NCBI GenBank assembly: GCA_963783385.1
Contig: CAWANJ010000009.1
Location: 192,001 to 256,000, forward strand
Direction of reading: 5' to 3'
Source: an uncultured Gemmatimonadales bacterium
GTDB taxonomy: Bacteria; Gemmatimonadota; Gemmatimonadetes; Palauibacterales; Palauibacteraceae
Length of the DNA stretch: 64,000 nt
Shown here: positions 1-9,703 of the stretch, one piece after another
How positions within the stretch are numbered: position 1 is the first letter of the stretch
How the letters are laid out: each line of letters starts with the position of its first letter
Made by a program: the position numbers and the translations under genes
Notes under the pieces: generated by a model
The model's database searches: none
Seen by the model: only the letters and a program-made list of their open reading frames with translations
Told to the model about the DNA's origin: nothing

Positions 1-932
1 GGGTTGGAGGGATCCGAGGGAGCCCGGTGGAGCTGGGTCGCGACGTAGGGCTCCACCTGCAGCCGGGTCCCGCTCGAGGTCAGCTGGATGCCCGTGAGCC
101 GGCCGAACTGGCTCACGCGTCCCTGGCTCGTCCGCGAGATGAGCGCGAAGTAGCTGCGGCTGTTCGAGGCCACGCGGTTGCGCCCGAAGTCGACCCCCCA
201 GACCTGCTTGCCCTTGCCGGACTCGTAACGGATCTGGGAGAGCGGGATCCGCATCTCGACGCTCCAGCCCGTCGAGTCGCGGCTCACGGCCGAGCTCCAC
301 ACGGCGTCCCAGTTTTCATCGCGGTGCGAGTCGTTGAACAGGTATTCGTCGAACTGGACGCCGGCGGCGCTCACGCGGAACACGTAGGCGGTCTGGCGGT
401 CCTGGTTGGGATCGAGGGCGACCTCGAACCAGTCGAACTGTCCCTGCCGGTCCCTGCGCACGAGGCGCGAGACGATCTGCGAGGTGTCCTGCTCGGTCAT
501 GTGGGCGCCGACGTAGAGGGCGGCGTCGTCGTACAGGACGCGGACCTGGGTGGGCTGGGCGGGAGGGGCGCCTTCGGTGGGGAGGCCCTGCACGAAGCGA
601 CTCTCGACGGGCGCGTTACGCCAGGCGGCCTCGTCCAGTCGACCGTCGATGTGAACCGGACCCTGACGACGCGCGGCCCGCAGGGTGGGGACGCCGTCCG
701 ACGGCGCCCCCGGACCGGCCGTGTCGGCGGCGGCCTGCCAGGCCCGGCCACGGGCGGGGAGCAGGAGGGCCGACAGTGCGAGCGCGGCGACCAGCCAGCG
801 GCACCGGCCCGCCGACCGTCCCGGGCGGGACGCACCCCTGCCCTCGCGCGGCGCGCGGCCTCGCGCGCCGCGTGCCCGCTCCCCCTGCGCCCCGGTGAAC
901 CGCGGCGGACTTCCGTGGATCCCTCGCCTCAC
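1..932 (-). CDS. DUF5916 / CBM9-like domain secreted or outer-membrane protein (3' end runs off window)
   Basis: Manual translation of the minus strand from GTG 932 (preceded by AGGGG) gives a hydrophobic signal (WLVAALALSALLLP), then IDGRLDEAAW...TQVRVLYDDAALYVG...WDAVWSSAV...GWSVEMRIPLSQIRY. Absent from the ORF track because there is no stop in the window. Confidence 0.8.
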   Translation of the reverse strand, partial: MRRGIHGSPPRFTGAQGERARGARGRAPREGRGASRPGRSAGRCRWLVAALALSALLLPARGRAWQAAADTAGPGAPSDGVPTLRAARRQGPVHIDGRLDEAAWRNAPVESRFVQGLPTEGAPPAQPTQVRVLYDDAALYVGAHMTEQDTSQIVSRLVRRDRQGQFDWFEVALDPNQDRQTAYVFRVSAAGVQFDEYLFNDSHRDENWDAVWSSAVSRDSTGWSVEMRIPLSQIRYESGKGKQVWGVDFGRNRVASNSRSYFALISRTSQGRVSQFGRLTGIQLTSSGTRLQVEPYVATQLHRAPSDPSN

Positions 933-1136
933 GTCCCCTATCGTCCGTACCCGTTCCTCTCCTCTCGTGACCCGTCGTGATCGACGTACCGCCCCGCGCG
1001 GAGACTCCCGGACCAGCCGGGAGCCGCGAGTCCGGTGGCGGAGGATGGAGCCTCGACCCCTGCGCCACAAGAAACACGCCGCCTTCCACGGCCGTGTAGT
1101 CATGCCGCCCGGGCGAGCGCCGACGAACCCGCCGCT

Positions 1137-2294
1137 TCAGCGGGCGACGAGGGGCCCGGATCCGAAGCGATCGAGGCCGAACGGGCCGGGGTCGAAGGTC
1201 GGTTCGAGGTCCGTCATCAGGTCCGCCACCACGCCGGCCAGGGCGCCCGCGAACTTGAAGCCGTGTCCGGAGAAGCCCGCCGCGACCACGACCCGGCGGC
1301 ATTTCGGATGTCGGTCCAGCACGAAGTGCCTGTCCGGGGTGAGCGTGTACAGGCAGGGCTCGGAGCGCACGCCGAGCCAGCGGGCGTCGGGGAAGTGACG
1401 TCCCAGCACCTCGCGGACGGCGTCGACCTCTTCCGCGGACGCTTCCTGGCGTGGTGCCTGCGGGTCCACCGGCCGACCCCCGTGGTGGAAGGCCGCCTTG
1501 ACCCCGGACCCGACGTCCGGGAAGCCGTACAGGATCTTGCCGGCCTCGTATTCGACCAGGAACACGGGAATGTCGGCCGGATCGAAGCCGGCCGCCTCCG
1601 TGCGGAACCAGTGCTGGACCATGCGCACCGGCTGGAGAGGCATGGGCGGCGCGGCGGCCAGCCCCGCGGTCCAGGCTCCCGTGGCCAGCACGAGCCCGCC
1701 GGCCGGCACCGTGCCGGCGCTCGTCCGCACCCTCAGGCCTCCGCCGTCCGGCGGGCCCTCCTCGCTCCAGGCCACCAGGGCCTCCCCCGTCCGCAGCTCG
1801 GCCCCCGCCACGCGGGCGAGATCGAGGAACGCGGACACGCACGCCTCCGCCCGCAGGTAACCGGCCCTCGGATCCACCAGGAGCCGATGGCCCGCGGAGA
1901 GGCGGACGAAGGGATAGCGCTCGGCGGCCTCCGCCGGGTCGGGACGATCGAGGGGGAGGCCGTGGGCCCGCGCGCTCGCCTCCGCGCCGCGGACCAGGTC
2001 GCCGTGCGGGAAGCCTCCCACGATGCCCCCCGTCTCGAACAGCAGCCGTCGGCCCGAGCGCAGCTCGAGCTCGCGCCACGCCTCGTAGGCCCGCCGCACG
2101 AGGGGCACGTACAGCGGGTTCTCGGAGTAGGCCTGCCGGATCATGCGCGTCTCGCCGTGCGACGATCCGAGCCGATGCGGAGGGGTGTGCGGGTCGAGCC
2201 CCACCACCCGGAGCCCCCGGCGGGACAGCTCGGCGGCCACGGCGCTCCCCATGACGCCGAGGCCGGCCACGACGACGTCGGCGGCGCGCGTCAT
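1137..2294 (-). CDS. solA: Monomeric sarcosine oxidase / N-methyl-L-tryptophan oxidase family FAD oxidoreductase
   Basis: GLGVMG dinucleotide fold, SSHGETRMIRQAYSE, CLYTLTPD (Cys for covalent FAD), GFSGHGFKF. Confidence 0.85.
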   Translation of the reverse strand: MTRAADVVVAGLGVMGSAVAAELSRRGLRVVGLDPHTPPHRLGSSHGETRMIRQAYSENPLYVPLVRRAYEAWRELELRSGRRLLFETGGIVGGFPHGDLVRGAEASARAHGLPLDRPDPAEAAERYPFVRLSAGHRLLVDPRAGYLRAEACVSAFLDLARVAGAELRTGEALVAWSEEGPPDGGGLRVRTSAGTVPAGGLVLATGAWTAGLAAAPPMPLQPVRMVQHWFRTEAAGFDPADIPVFLVEYEAGKILYGFPDVGSGVKAAFHHGGRPVDPQAPRQEASAEEVDAVREVLGRHFPDARWLGVRSEPCLYTLTPDRHFVLDRHPKCRRVVVAAGFSGHGFKFAGALAGVVADLMTDLEPTFDPGPFGLDRFGSGPLVAR

Positions 2295-2304
2295 CCTCCC
2301 ACCC

Positions 2305-3396
2305 TCACAACGAGGATCCGGGGCCGCCGGCGACCAGGTCCCGGCTCAGCTCTCCCGGCGTCCGACAGCCACACAGGGCCAGGGCCAGGTCGAGCTCCTC
2401 CCGCAGGATCTCCAGCACCCGGCTCACTCCGTCCTCTCCCTCGACGGCCAGTCCCCAGAGCACCGGCCGCCCCACGGCCACCGCGTCCGCGCCCAGGGCC
2501 AGCGCCTTGACCACGTCGGTGCCGCGCCGGATGCCGCCGTCGATGAGCACCGGGACCCGCCCGTCCACCGACGATGCCACCTCCGGCAGCGCCTCGATCG
2601 TCGCGATCGCCGTGTCGAGCTGGCGGCCGCCGTGGTTGGAGACGACGATCCCGGAGGCCCCGTGCTCGACCGCGAGCCGCGCGTCCTCGGGATGGACGAT
2701 GCCCTTGAGGAGCACGGGCAGCCCGGTGATCGACCGGAGCCAGGCCACGTCATCCCAGTCCAGGTCGGGATCGAGCAGGCTGGCGGCGTAGGCGGCCAGG
2801 CCCGAGCCCTGCCCGGCGGGAGGGATCGCGCGCATGCCGTCGGCCGTCAGGTTCTCCAGGGCGAGCTCCTCCGGCAGGTGGAAGCGGTTCCGAACGTCAC
2901 GCTCGCGGACGCCCAGGAGGGGCGCGTCCACCGTGACCACGAGCGCCGAGCAGCCGGCCGCCTCGGCCCGCGCGACGAGCTCGGCGGTCGTCGACCGGTC
3001 CCGGTACACGTACAGCTGGAACCACACGGGGCCGTTGGCGGCCGCCGTCACCTCCTCGAGGGGCGCCGTGGACAGGGTGCTCAGCATCATGGCCGTGCCC
3101 GCCGCGCCGCAGGCCCGCGCCGTGGCGAGCTCCCCGTCCGGGTGCGCCATCCGCTGAAAGGCGGTCGGGGCCGCGACGATCGGCATGGACAACCGGGCGC
3201 CCAGCAGGGAGGTGGTCAGGTCCCGCTCGCCGACCCCCCGCAGGACGCGGTGGCGCAGCCGCAGCCGGTCGTAGGCGGCGTGGTTCTCGGCCAGCGTGAT
3301 CTCGTCGTGCGCCCCGCTGGCGTAGTAGTCGCGGGTCATCGAATCCAGCCGGTGGCGCGCGGCCTCCTCGTAGTCGAACAGGTTGATGAGGTCCAT
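2305..3396 (-). CDS. FMN-dependent alpha-hydroxy acid oxidase/dehydrogenase
   Basis: Start MDLINLFDYE at ATG 3396; DYYASGA, APTA, WFQLY, TVD, LKG, SNHGGRQLD, DGGIRRGTD, GRP motifs. Confidence 0.92.
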   Translation of the reverse strand: MDLINLFDYEEAARHRLDSMTRDYYASGAHDEITLAENHAAYDRLRLRHRVLRGVGERDLTTSLLGARLSMPIVAAPTAFQRMAHPDGELATARACGAAGTAMMLSTLSTAPLEEVTAAANGPVWFQLYVYRDRSTTAELVARAEAAGCSALVVTVDAPLLGVRERDVRNRFHLPEELALENLTADGMRAIPPAGQGSGLAAYAASLLDPDLDWDDVAWLRSITGLPVLLKGIVHPEDARLAVEHGASGIVVSNHGGRQLDTAIATIEALPEVASSVDGRVPVLIDGGIRRGTDVVKALALGADAVAVGRPVLWGLAVEGEDGVSRVLEILREELDLALALCGCRTPGELSRDLVAGGPGSSL

Positions 3397-3421
3397 GCGG
3401 TGTGCTCCTTGAGGTGGGGCC

Positions 3422-4222
3422 TCAGAGGCCCAGGAGTCCGGGCAGGTCGGCGACCGAGCCGAGCACGTGATCGGGTCCCGGGCCCGGCCGGTCCAGGTCC
3501 TCCTCCCGGAACTTCCCGGTGCGCACGAGAATTCCGGACGCTCCGGCGCTCCGGGCCCCGAGAACATCGGCTTCCAGGTCGTCCCCGACCATGGCCAGCC
3601 GCGGGAGCGGCAGGTCCAGCGAGCGCGCCGCGGCCTCGAAGAACGGGAGACCGGGCTTCCCGGCCACGACGGCCTGCCGCCCCGAGGCGTATTCGAGTGC
3701 CGCCACGAACGGCCCGGCGTCCAGGTGGAGGGCGCCGGCGGTGCGCCAGTAGCGGTTCCTCTGGATGGCCACCAGCTCGGCCCCCTCCAGCACCCACCGG
3801 AAGGCGGCGTCGAGCACCTCGTAGGTCCAGTCGCTCCCGAGGTCCCCCACGACGACCGCCCGGGGTGCCGGTGGGGCACCCTCCCGGTGGGAGACGATCT
3901 CGAAGTCGGCGAAGTCCTCGAGGGCGGCCGACGGGACGAGCAGGCCGATCCGCCGGAGGCCCCGCGATCCGAGCCAGTCGGCGGCGGCCACGGGGGCGGT
4001 GAGCACCTCCCCGGGGTCGGCGGCGAGTCCGGCCTCCCGGAGGCTCTCCAGGACCGCCCGCCGCGGCCGGCGGCTCGTGTTGGTGACGAACCGGAGCCCG
4101 AGGTCGGCCGACCGCACGGCGGCGACAGCCCGAGCCGCCCCGGGCAGGAGCCGGCCATCCTCCATCAGCGTACCATCGACGTCGAGCAGGATGCCGCGCG
4201 TGTCGGCGAGCGTGGAGTCCAT
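3422..4222 (-). CDS. HAD-IIA hydrolase, TIGR01458/LHPP-like
   Basis: LLDVDGTL, FVTNTS, GKP, MVGDDLEADVLGA, LVRTGKFR. Confidence 0.85.
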   Translation of the reverse strand: MDSTLADTRGILLDVDGTLMEDGRLLPGAARAVAAVRSADLGLRFVTNTSRRPRRAVLESLREAGLAADPGEVLTAPVAAADWLGSRGLRRIGLLVPSAALEDFADFEIVSHREGAPPAPRAVVVGDLGSDWTYEVLDAAFRWVLEGAELVAIQRNRYWRTAGALHLDAGPFVAALEYASGRQAVVAGKPGLPFFEAAARSLDLPLPRLAMVGDDLEADVLGARSAGASGILVRTGKFREEDLDRPGPGPDHVLGSVADLPGLLGL

Positions 4223-4376
4223 GGTCGCAAGGTAGGTGACCGCCCGGCGCGTCGGTACCGGCTGCGTGCACCGGGGGGAGGGGAGGGCGAGGGACGCGCG
4301 GTAGCGGTGGCGGGTGGCGCAGGGCTAGCTTGGGGAACGTCGCGTCGCGTCGCCCCTCGCCCAGGCCCACTCGCCC

Positions 4377-6482
4377 ATGCCTCTTCTCGCCCGGGGAAAG
4401 CGTCTCGCGAAGGAGCTCTCCCTCGCCGACGTGTTCGCGATCAGCGCCGGCGCCATGTTCAGCTCCGGCTTCTTCCTGCTGCCAGGGATCGCCGCCGCCG
4501 AGGTCGGACCGGCCGTCGTCCTGGCGTACCTCCTGGCGGGCCTCCTGGTGGTCCCCGCGCTCCTCAGCAAGGCGGAGCTGTGCACCGCCATGCCGCGCGC
4601 CGGCGGCACGTACTACTTCCTGGACCGGAGCATGGGCCCGATGGTGGGGACCGTGGGGGGCCTCGGGACCTGGGCGGCCCTCGTCCTCAAGAGTGCCTTC
4701 GCCCTCATCGGCATGGGGGCCTACCTGGAGCTGTTCATCAGCGTCCCGATCCGGCCGCTGGCCATCGGGCTCACCGTGCTGTTCGTGGTGATCAACCTGG
4801 TCGGTGCCCGCGAGACGAGCCGGCTCCAACGGGTGCTCGTGTTCTCTCTCCTGGCGGTGCTCACCTTTTTCATCTTCGCGGGCGTCGCCCAGCTCGCCGG
4901 ACCGGCGGCCAGGGAGACGGCTCGGCAGCGCTTCACGCCCTTCCTGCCCTTCGGGCCCCACAGCCTGGTCTCCACCATCGGCCTCGTGTTCGTGTCCTTC
5001 ATGGGGATCACCAAGGTCGCCAGCATCCCGGAGGAGGTGAAGGACCCGGACCGCAACATCCCGCTCGGCATGGCGCTGTCCCTGGGTGTGGCCATCCTGT
5101 TCTACGTGCTCACCATCGGGATCATGGTGGCCGTGCTCCCCGCCGACGAGCTCCACCACGACCTGACGCCTGTCGCCACGGCGGGACGTGCGCTCCTGGG
5201 TTGGCTGCCGGCGCCCCTGGAGCCCGTCCTCGTCGTGGGGGCGGCGATCACGGGATTCGCCGCCATGGCCAACGCGGGCGTGATGACGGCCTCGCGCTAC
5301 CCGCTGGCGCTGGCGCGCGATCGGATCATGCCTTCGGGCCTCCAGGAGCTGAACCGCTTCCGGTCTCCCGGCCGCTCGATCGTGCTCACCGGGATCCTCA
5401 TGATCGTCTTCCTGGCCACCCTCGAAGTCGAGACCGTCGCCAAGCTGGCCAGCGCCCTCCAGCTCCTGATCTTCGGCATGGTCAACCTGGCGGTCATCGT
5501 GATGCGAGAGAGTCGGCTCGAGGCGTACGACCCGGGCTTCCGGTCCCCGCTGTACCCCTGGGTGCAGATCGTGGGCTTCCTGGCCTCGATGTGGCTCATC
5601 GTGGAGATCGGCCTGGGGTCGATTCTGTTCACGGCAGGGATCGTCGTCGTGTCCGTGGCCTGGTACCGGTGGTACGCTCGGGCCCGAGTGGAGCGGGAAG
5701 GGGCCATGTACCACGTGTTCGAGCGCTGGGGCCGGCGGCGCTTCGAAGGGCTGGACCGGGAGCTACGGCAGATCCTGAAGGAGAAGGGGCTGCGCGAGGC
5801 CGATCCGTTCGAGCGGCTGCTGGCGAATGCACTCTTCCTGGACCTGCCGGGTCCGGCCCGGTTCGAGGACGTGGCGGTGCGCGCGGCCCGGGCCCTGGCC
5901 GCCGAGACCGGGAGCTCGGAGCGAGATCTGCTGGACACCTTCCTGGAGGGCACCCGGCTGGGCGTGACCCCCGTCTCGCACGGCGTCGCGCTGCCCCACG
6001 CCCGTCTCCGCGCGCTCACCGAGCCACGGCTCGTCCTCGTGCGCGCCCGGGAGGGGGTGGACATGGGACTCGAGGAGAAGCCGGACGAGGCGATCCGGGC
6101 GCTCTTCTTCCTGGCCAGCCCGCGCGCGGACGCCGGGCGGCACCTGCGCATCCTGGCCGAGCTCGCGGGAAGGGTGGACGACGAGGGCTTCATGGAAGCG
6201 TGGCTGGCGGGCCGCCACGAGGTCGAGGTGAAGGAGGTGCTGCTTCGGGAGGAGCGCTTCCTGACCGTCGAGATCCGGCCCGGGAGTGCGGCCGGCTCCC
6301 TGTCGGGGCGCCGCCTCTCGGAGCTCGAACTGCCGCGCGGCGTCCTGGTGGCGCTCGTGCATCGCGGGGACCGCACCGTCGTGCCCTCGGGCGCGACGAA
6401 GCTCGAGGCCGGGGACCGCCTCACCATTCTGGGCGAGCCGGAAGCCCTCGTGGCCGTCCGGTCCCGGCTGGCCGGGAGGTGA
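4377..6482 (+). CDS. APC-family amino acid/cation permease fused to PTS EIIA and TrkA-C (RCK_C) domains
   Basis: Many hydrophobic segments with GAMFSSGFF, AELCTAMPRAGGTY, EEVKDP, SRYPLALARD. Then GVALPHARL and HLRILAELA (EIIA-2), then GRRLSELELPRGVLVALVHR...VPSGATKLEAGDRLTILG (RCK_C). Confidence 0.85.
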   Translation: MPLLARGKRLAKELSLADVFAISAGAMFSSGFFLLPGIAAAEVGPAVVLAYLLAGLLVVPALLSKAELCTAMPRAGGTYYFLDRSMGPMVGTVGGLGTWAALVLKSAFALIGMGAYLELFISVPIRPLAIGLTVLFVVINLVGARETSRLQRVLVFSLLAVLTFFIFAGVAQLAGPAARETARQRFTPFLPFGPHSLVSTIGLVFVSFMGITKVASIPEEVKDPDRNIPLGMALSLGVAILFYVLTIGIMVAVLPADELHHDLTPVATAGRALLGWLPAPLEPVLVVGAAITGFAAMANAGVMTASRYPLALARDRIMPSGLQELNRFRSPGRSIVLTGILMIVFLATLEVETVAKLASALQLLIFGMVNLAVIVMRESRLEAYDPGFRSPLYPWVQIVGFLASMWLIVEIGLGSILFTAGIVVVSVAWYRWYARARVEREGAMYHVFERWGRRRFEGLDRELRQILKEKGLREADPFERLLANALFLDLPGPARFEDVAVRAARALAAETGSSERDLLDTFLEGTRLGVTPVSHGVALPHARLRALTEPRLVLVRAREGVDMGLEEKPDEAIRALFFLASPRADAGRHLRILAELAGRVDDEGFMEAWLAGRHEVEVKEVLLREERFLTVEIRPGSAAGSLSGRRLSELELPRGVLVALVHRGDRTVVPSGATKLEAGDRLTILGEPEALVAVRSRLAGR

Positions 6483-6525
6483 CCCGCGGGCCGGCGCGGG
6501 TGCGGCGCGTCCGCGCCCGAACGCA

Positions 6526-6554
6526 TTGAACATCGCGCCAGGGGGACTTATCAT
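6526..6554 (+). promoter_or_regulatory. Sigma70-type promoter for rpmE-prfA
   Basis: TTGAAC (6526-6531), 17 bp spacer, TATCAT (6549-6554) in otherwise GC-rich DNA. Confidence 0.65.
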
Positions 6555-6671
6555 ATCCGGCTCGCGCTGACAGCCTCCAGCCCGTTCTGGAGGCGAGCGG
6601 GCGCAACAGCGGCGGCCCTGGAGGGTATGGGGGCCAACGACCCGGTTCCGGCACTCGAGACGACGAGATCC

Positions 6672-7043
6672 ATGAAGACCGACATTCACCCCGAGTACGT
6701 GGACGCACGCATCGTGTGCGCGTGCGGGCGCGTGACGGAGACCCGCGCCACCGTCCCCGAGCTCCACGTGGAGATCTGCTCGCACTGCCATCCGTTCTTC
6801 ACGGGCAAGCAGAAGCTCGTGGACACGGCGGGACGCGTGGAGCGATTCCTGTCCAAGTACGGCCGTCGCGACGAGGCCGCCGAGGCGGTCGCGGAGGCCG
6901 CCGAACGCGCCGCCGAGTCCGAGAAGCAGGCCTTCGAGCAGCCTGGCGCCGCGGAGGCCGGGAGCGAGGAGGAGACGGGCGAGGATTCGCCCGAGGCCTC
7001 CGCCGAGCCTGCCGACCAGGAGGCCGCGGCCCCGGCCGAGTGA
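6672..7043 (+). CDS. rpmE: 50S ribosomal protein bL31 (Zn-binding type) with acidic C-terminal extension
   Basis: MKTDIHPEY...CACG...[26 protein letters not shown]. Confidence 0.95.
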   Translation: MKTDIHPEYVDARIVCACGRVTETRATVPELHVEICSHCHPFFTGKQKLVDTAGRVERFLSKYGRRDEAAEAVAEAAERAAESEKQAFEQPGAAEAGSEEETGEDSPEASAEPADQEAAAPAE

Positions 7044-7122
7044 GGGGTCCCGTCCGCCTCCGGCGCCCCGCCCCCGCCGTCCGCACGCCGCGGCTCGCGG
7101 GGCGCGCGACCTTCCGCTTCCC

Positions 7123-8214
7123 GTGACAGACGCCGACGCCCGCGATTTGCTCGCCCGTCGGGCGCACGAGCTTCTCGAGCGCAACGAAGAGCTCACGCGG
7201 GCGATGGCGGACCCCGACGTCATCGGGGACTCCGACCGCCTCACCGGCCTCGCCCAGGAGCACTCGGACATCGGGCCTGCCGTCGAGGCCGGACGCGAGT
7301 ACCTGCGTCTGCTGGATCAGCTCGGCCAGGCCGAGGAGCTGGCCGAGGGCGACGACGAGCTGGCCGAGATGGCCGGCGAGGAGGCGGCGGCGCTCCGGGA
7401 ACGGATCGGAGCGATGGAGGAACGGCTGCGGTGGCTGTTCGTCCCCCGCGATCCACTCGACGACCGGCCCGCCGTCATGGAGATCCGCGCCGGCACGGGT
7501 GGGGACGAGGCGGCCTTGTTCGCGGGCGACGTGCACCGGATGTACACGCGCTACGCCTCGGCTCGCGGCTGGAGCGTCGAGCCGATCTCGTTCAGCGAGG
7601 GCGGGTCGGGCGGATTCAAGGAAGTGATCTTCATGGTCCGTGGCCGCGACGCCTACGGCCGCCTGCGCTACGAGTCCGGCGTCCACCGGGTGCAGCGGGT
7701 GCCCGAGACCGAGAGCGGCGGCCGCATCCACACCTCGGCGGCCACGGTGGCCGTCCTGCCCGAGGCCGAAGAGGTGGATGTCCAGATCGACCCGGGCGAC
7801 CTCAAGATCGACGTGTACCGCTCCTCCGGCCCCGGCGGGCAGTCGGTGAACACGACCGACTCCGCCGTCCGCATCACGCACCTGCCGACCGGACTGGTCG
7901 TCACCTGCCAGGACGAGAAGTCACAGCACAAGAACAAGGCGAAGGCTCTGAAGGTGCTTCGGAGCCGGCTCCTGGACCGGAAGCTCGCCGAGCAGGAGGC
8001 CGCGCGGGCCCGAGAACGACGGGCCCAGGTGGGCACCGGCGACCGGTCCGCCAAGATCCGCACCTACAACTTCCCGCAGAGCCGCGTGACCGACCACCGG
8101 ATCGGCTACACGACCCACGACCTCCAGGGCGTGCTGGATGGCGACCTGGACGAGCTCGTCGACGCGCTGCGAGTGGCGGGCATGCAGGAGCGGCTGGAGG
8201 CGGCGACGGGCTGA
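7123..8214 (+). CDS. prfA: Peptide chain release factor 1
   Basis: [23 protein letters not shown] (PxT), [17 protein letters not shown]. Confidence 0.97.
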   Translation: MTDADARDLLARRAHELLERNEELTRAMADPDVIGDSDRLTGLAQEHSDIGPAVEAGREYLRLLDQLGQAEELAEGDDELAEMAGEEAAALRERIGAMEERLRWLFVPRDPLDDRPAVMEIRAGTGGDEAALFAGDVHRMYTRYASARGWSVEPISFSEGGSGGFKEVIFMVRGRDAYGRLRYESGVHRVQRVPETESGGRIHTSAATVAVLPEAEEVDVQIDPGDLKIDVYRSSGPGGQSVNTTDSAVRITHLPTGLVVTCQDEKSQHKNKAKALKVLRSRLLDRKLAEQEAARARERRAQVGTGDRSAKIRTYNFPQSRVTDHRIGYTTHDLQGVLDGDLDELVDALRVAGMQERLEAATG

Positions 8215-8224
8215 GGGTCCACGC

Positions 8225-8635
8225 TCAGGCGATCCGGTTCGTGACGCCGGGCATCCAGTCCTGGTAATCCGGGCTCCGCTGCCGGAGCGCCGCCAGGATC
8301 CGCTGGCGCACGACGGGCTCGACCGTCGACTGCTGGCCCGGCCACGGCCGCAGGGTGGCCGGCACGTAGCGCCAGCCGCCGGGCTCGGCGTCGCGCACTC
8401 CGAAGACCTCGGGCTCGGCCAGCACGATGGCGCCGAACTGCTTGCGGACTCCACGGAGCATCGGCTCGATGACCTCCACGAGCGCATCGTCCTCCATCCC
8501 GGGCGGGACCTGTACGTCCACGTACATGCGGATGCAGCCGCTCCGGTGACGGCTGACGGTGCCGATGGTGCGGTTGGGCAGGTAGACGGTCTGACCGAGG
8601 AAATTGTTGACGATGCGCATGGCGGGGGACACCAT
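8225..8635 (-). pseudogene. C-terminal fragment of an MscS-family mechanosensitive channel lacking the transmembrane N-terminus
   Basis: IVNNFLGQTVYLPNRTIGTVS...YVDVQVP...EPEVFGV...WPGQQ...RQRILAAL resembles the MscS cytoplasmic beta and alpha/beta domains. No TM helices lie upstream. Confidence 0.55.
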
Positions 8636-9703
8636 GGGTGACGAGGGGATCGCAGGCGCAGGGGCGGGGGGGCGCCCGCAAGGCCCCGGGTCGTCGGACG
8701 CCGACCCGGGGGGGGCGACCGTCCGCGGCGCCCCCCCGCCCCCTCCCGCCGGGACGCCCTCAGAGGGCTGGAGCGGGAGCTGGCCGCTGCGGGCCGGGCC
8801 GCGGGGGTCGAGGAGGCGCGTCTCGAGGCCGAGCGGCTCGTCGCCTACGTGCTCGGCGTCTCGCGGGCCGAGCTGGCCCGCACGGGCGCCGAGGTGCTGG
8901 GCGCCGGAGAGGCACGGCGGCTGGCACGAGCCGCACAACGACGGCTGGCCGGCGAGCCCCTGCAGCACATCGAGGGTACGGTCCAGTTCCGCGAGCTGGT
9001 GCTCGCGTCCGATCCCCGGGCGCTCATTCCGAGGCCCGAGACGGAGCAGCTCGTGGACAGGATCGTGGCGTGGGCAAGGAGCCGGACCTCACGCGGCCGG
9101 CCGGACGACCCGGACGGCGTCACGAGCGTGCGCCGCCGTCCCGGGTCGGGAACTCCGCTCCTGGACAGCGCCCTCGACATCGGGACGGGATCGGGCGCGA
9201 TCGCGCTGTCGCTGGTCCGCGAGGGTGTCGTCCGCCGCGCGGTGGGCGTGGACGTGGACGCGGCGGCGTTGGAGCAGGCCGCCTCCAACCGGGCCTCCGT
9301 CGGACTGGACGAGGCCCGCGTCGAGCTCCGCCTGACCGGGCCGCGGGCGTGGAGCGCCGTCGGGGACGGAGAGCGCTTCGACCTCGTCGTCTCGAACCCC
9401 CCCTACGTGCGGGACGAGGAGATCGAGCGACTTCCGGTCCACGTGAGAGCCCACGAGCCCCGGCGGGCGCTGGCCGGTGGGCGGGACGGTCTGGACGTGG
9501 TCCGGGAGATCGCCGCGGGCGCAGCCGCGCACCTCGAGCCCGGGGGCGCACTCTTCCTGGAGATCGGCGCCGAGCAGGGCGCGACCGTACGCGAGCTGCT
9601 CGGCGCCAGCGGCGCCTGGGAGGAGATCGTGGTGCAGCGGGACCTGGCCGGGCGGGAGCGGTTCGTGCGCGCCCGGCCGGTCGTCAGCGCAGGTGGACGT
9701 TGA
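8634..9703 (+). CDS. prmC: Release factor glutamine methyltransferase (apparent frameshift in G/C homopolymers ~8705-8750)
   Basis: ARLEAERLVAYVLG, RRLAGEPLQHI, ALIPRPETE, LDIGTGSGAI, VSNPPY, ALAGGRDGL. The main frame has a TGA at 8639 and no ATG/GTG/TTG before 8849. ATG 8634 is in another frame and G8/C7 runs lie between. The true start is uncertain. Confidence 0.88.

Noticed and set aside
2305-4158. Apparent N-terminal extensions or fusions in the ORF track (617 aa oxidase, 642 aa zwf, 878 aa malQ, 1028 aa glgB, 995 aa GH57, 596 aa CMD)
   Set aside because: The extensions overlap upstream genes in another frame. Better starts with an RBS or a stop overlap exist downstream.
7123-8214. Programmed frameshift release factor (prfB-type)
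   Set aside because: The ORF is continuous and has the PxT motif of RF1.
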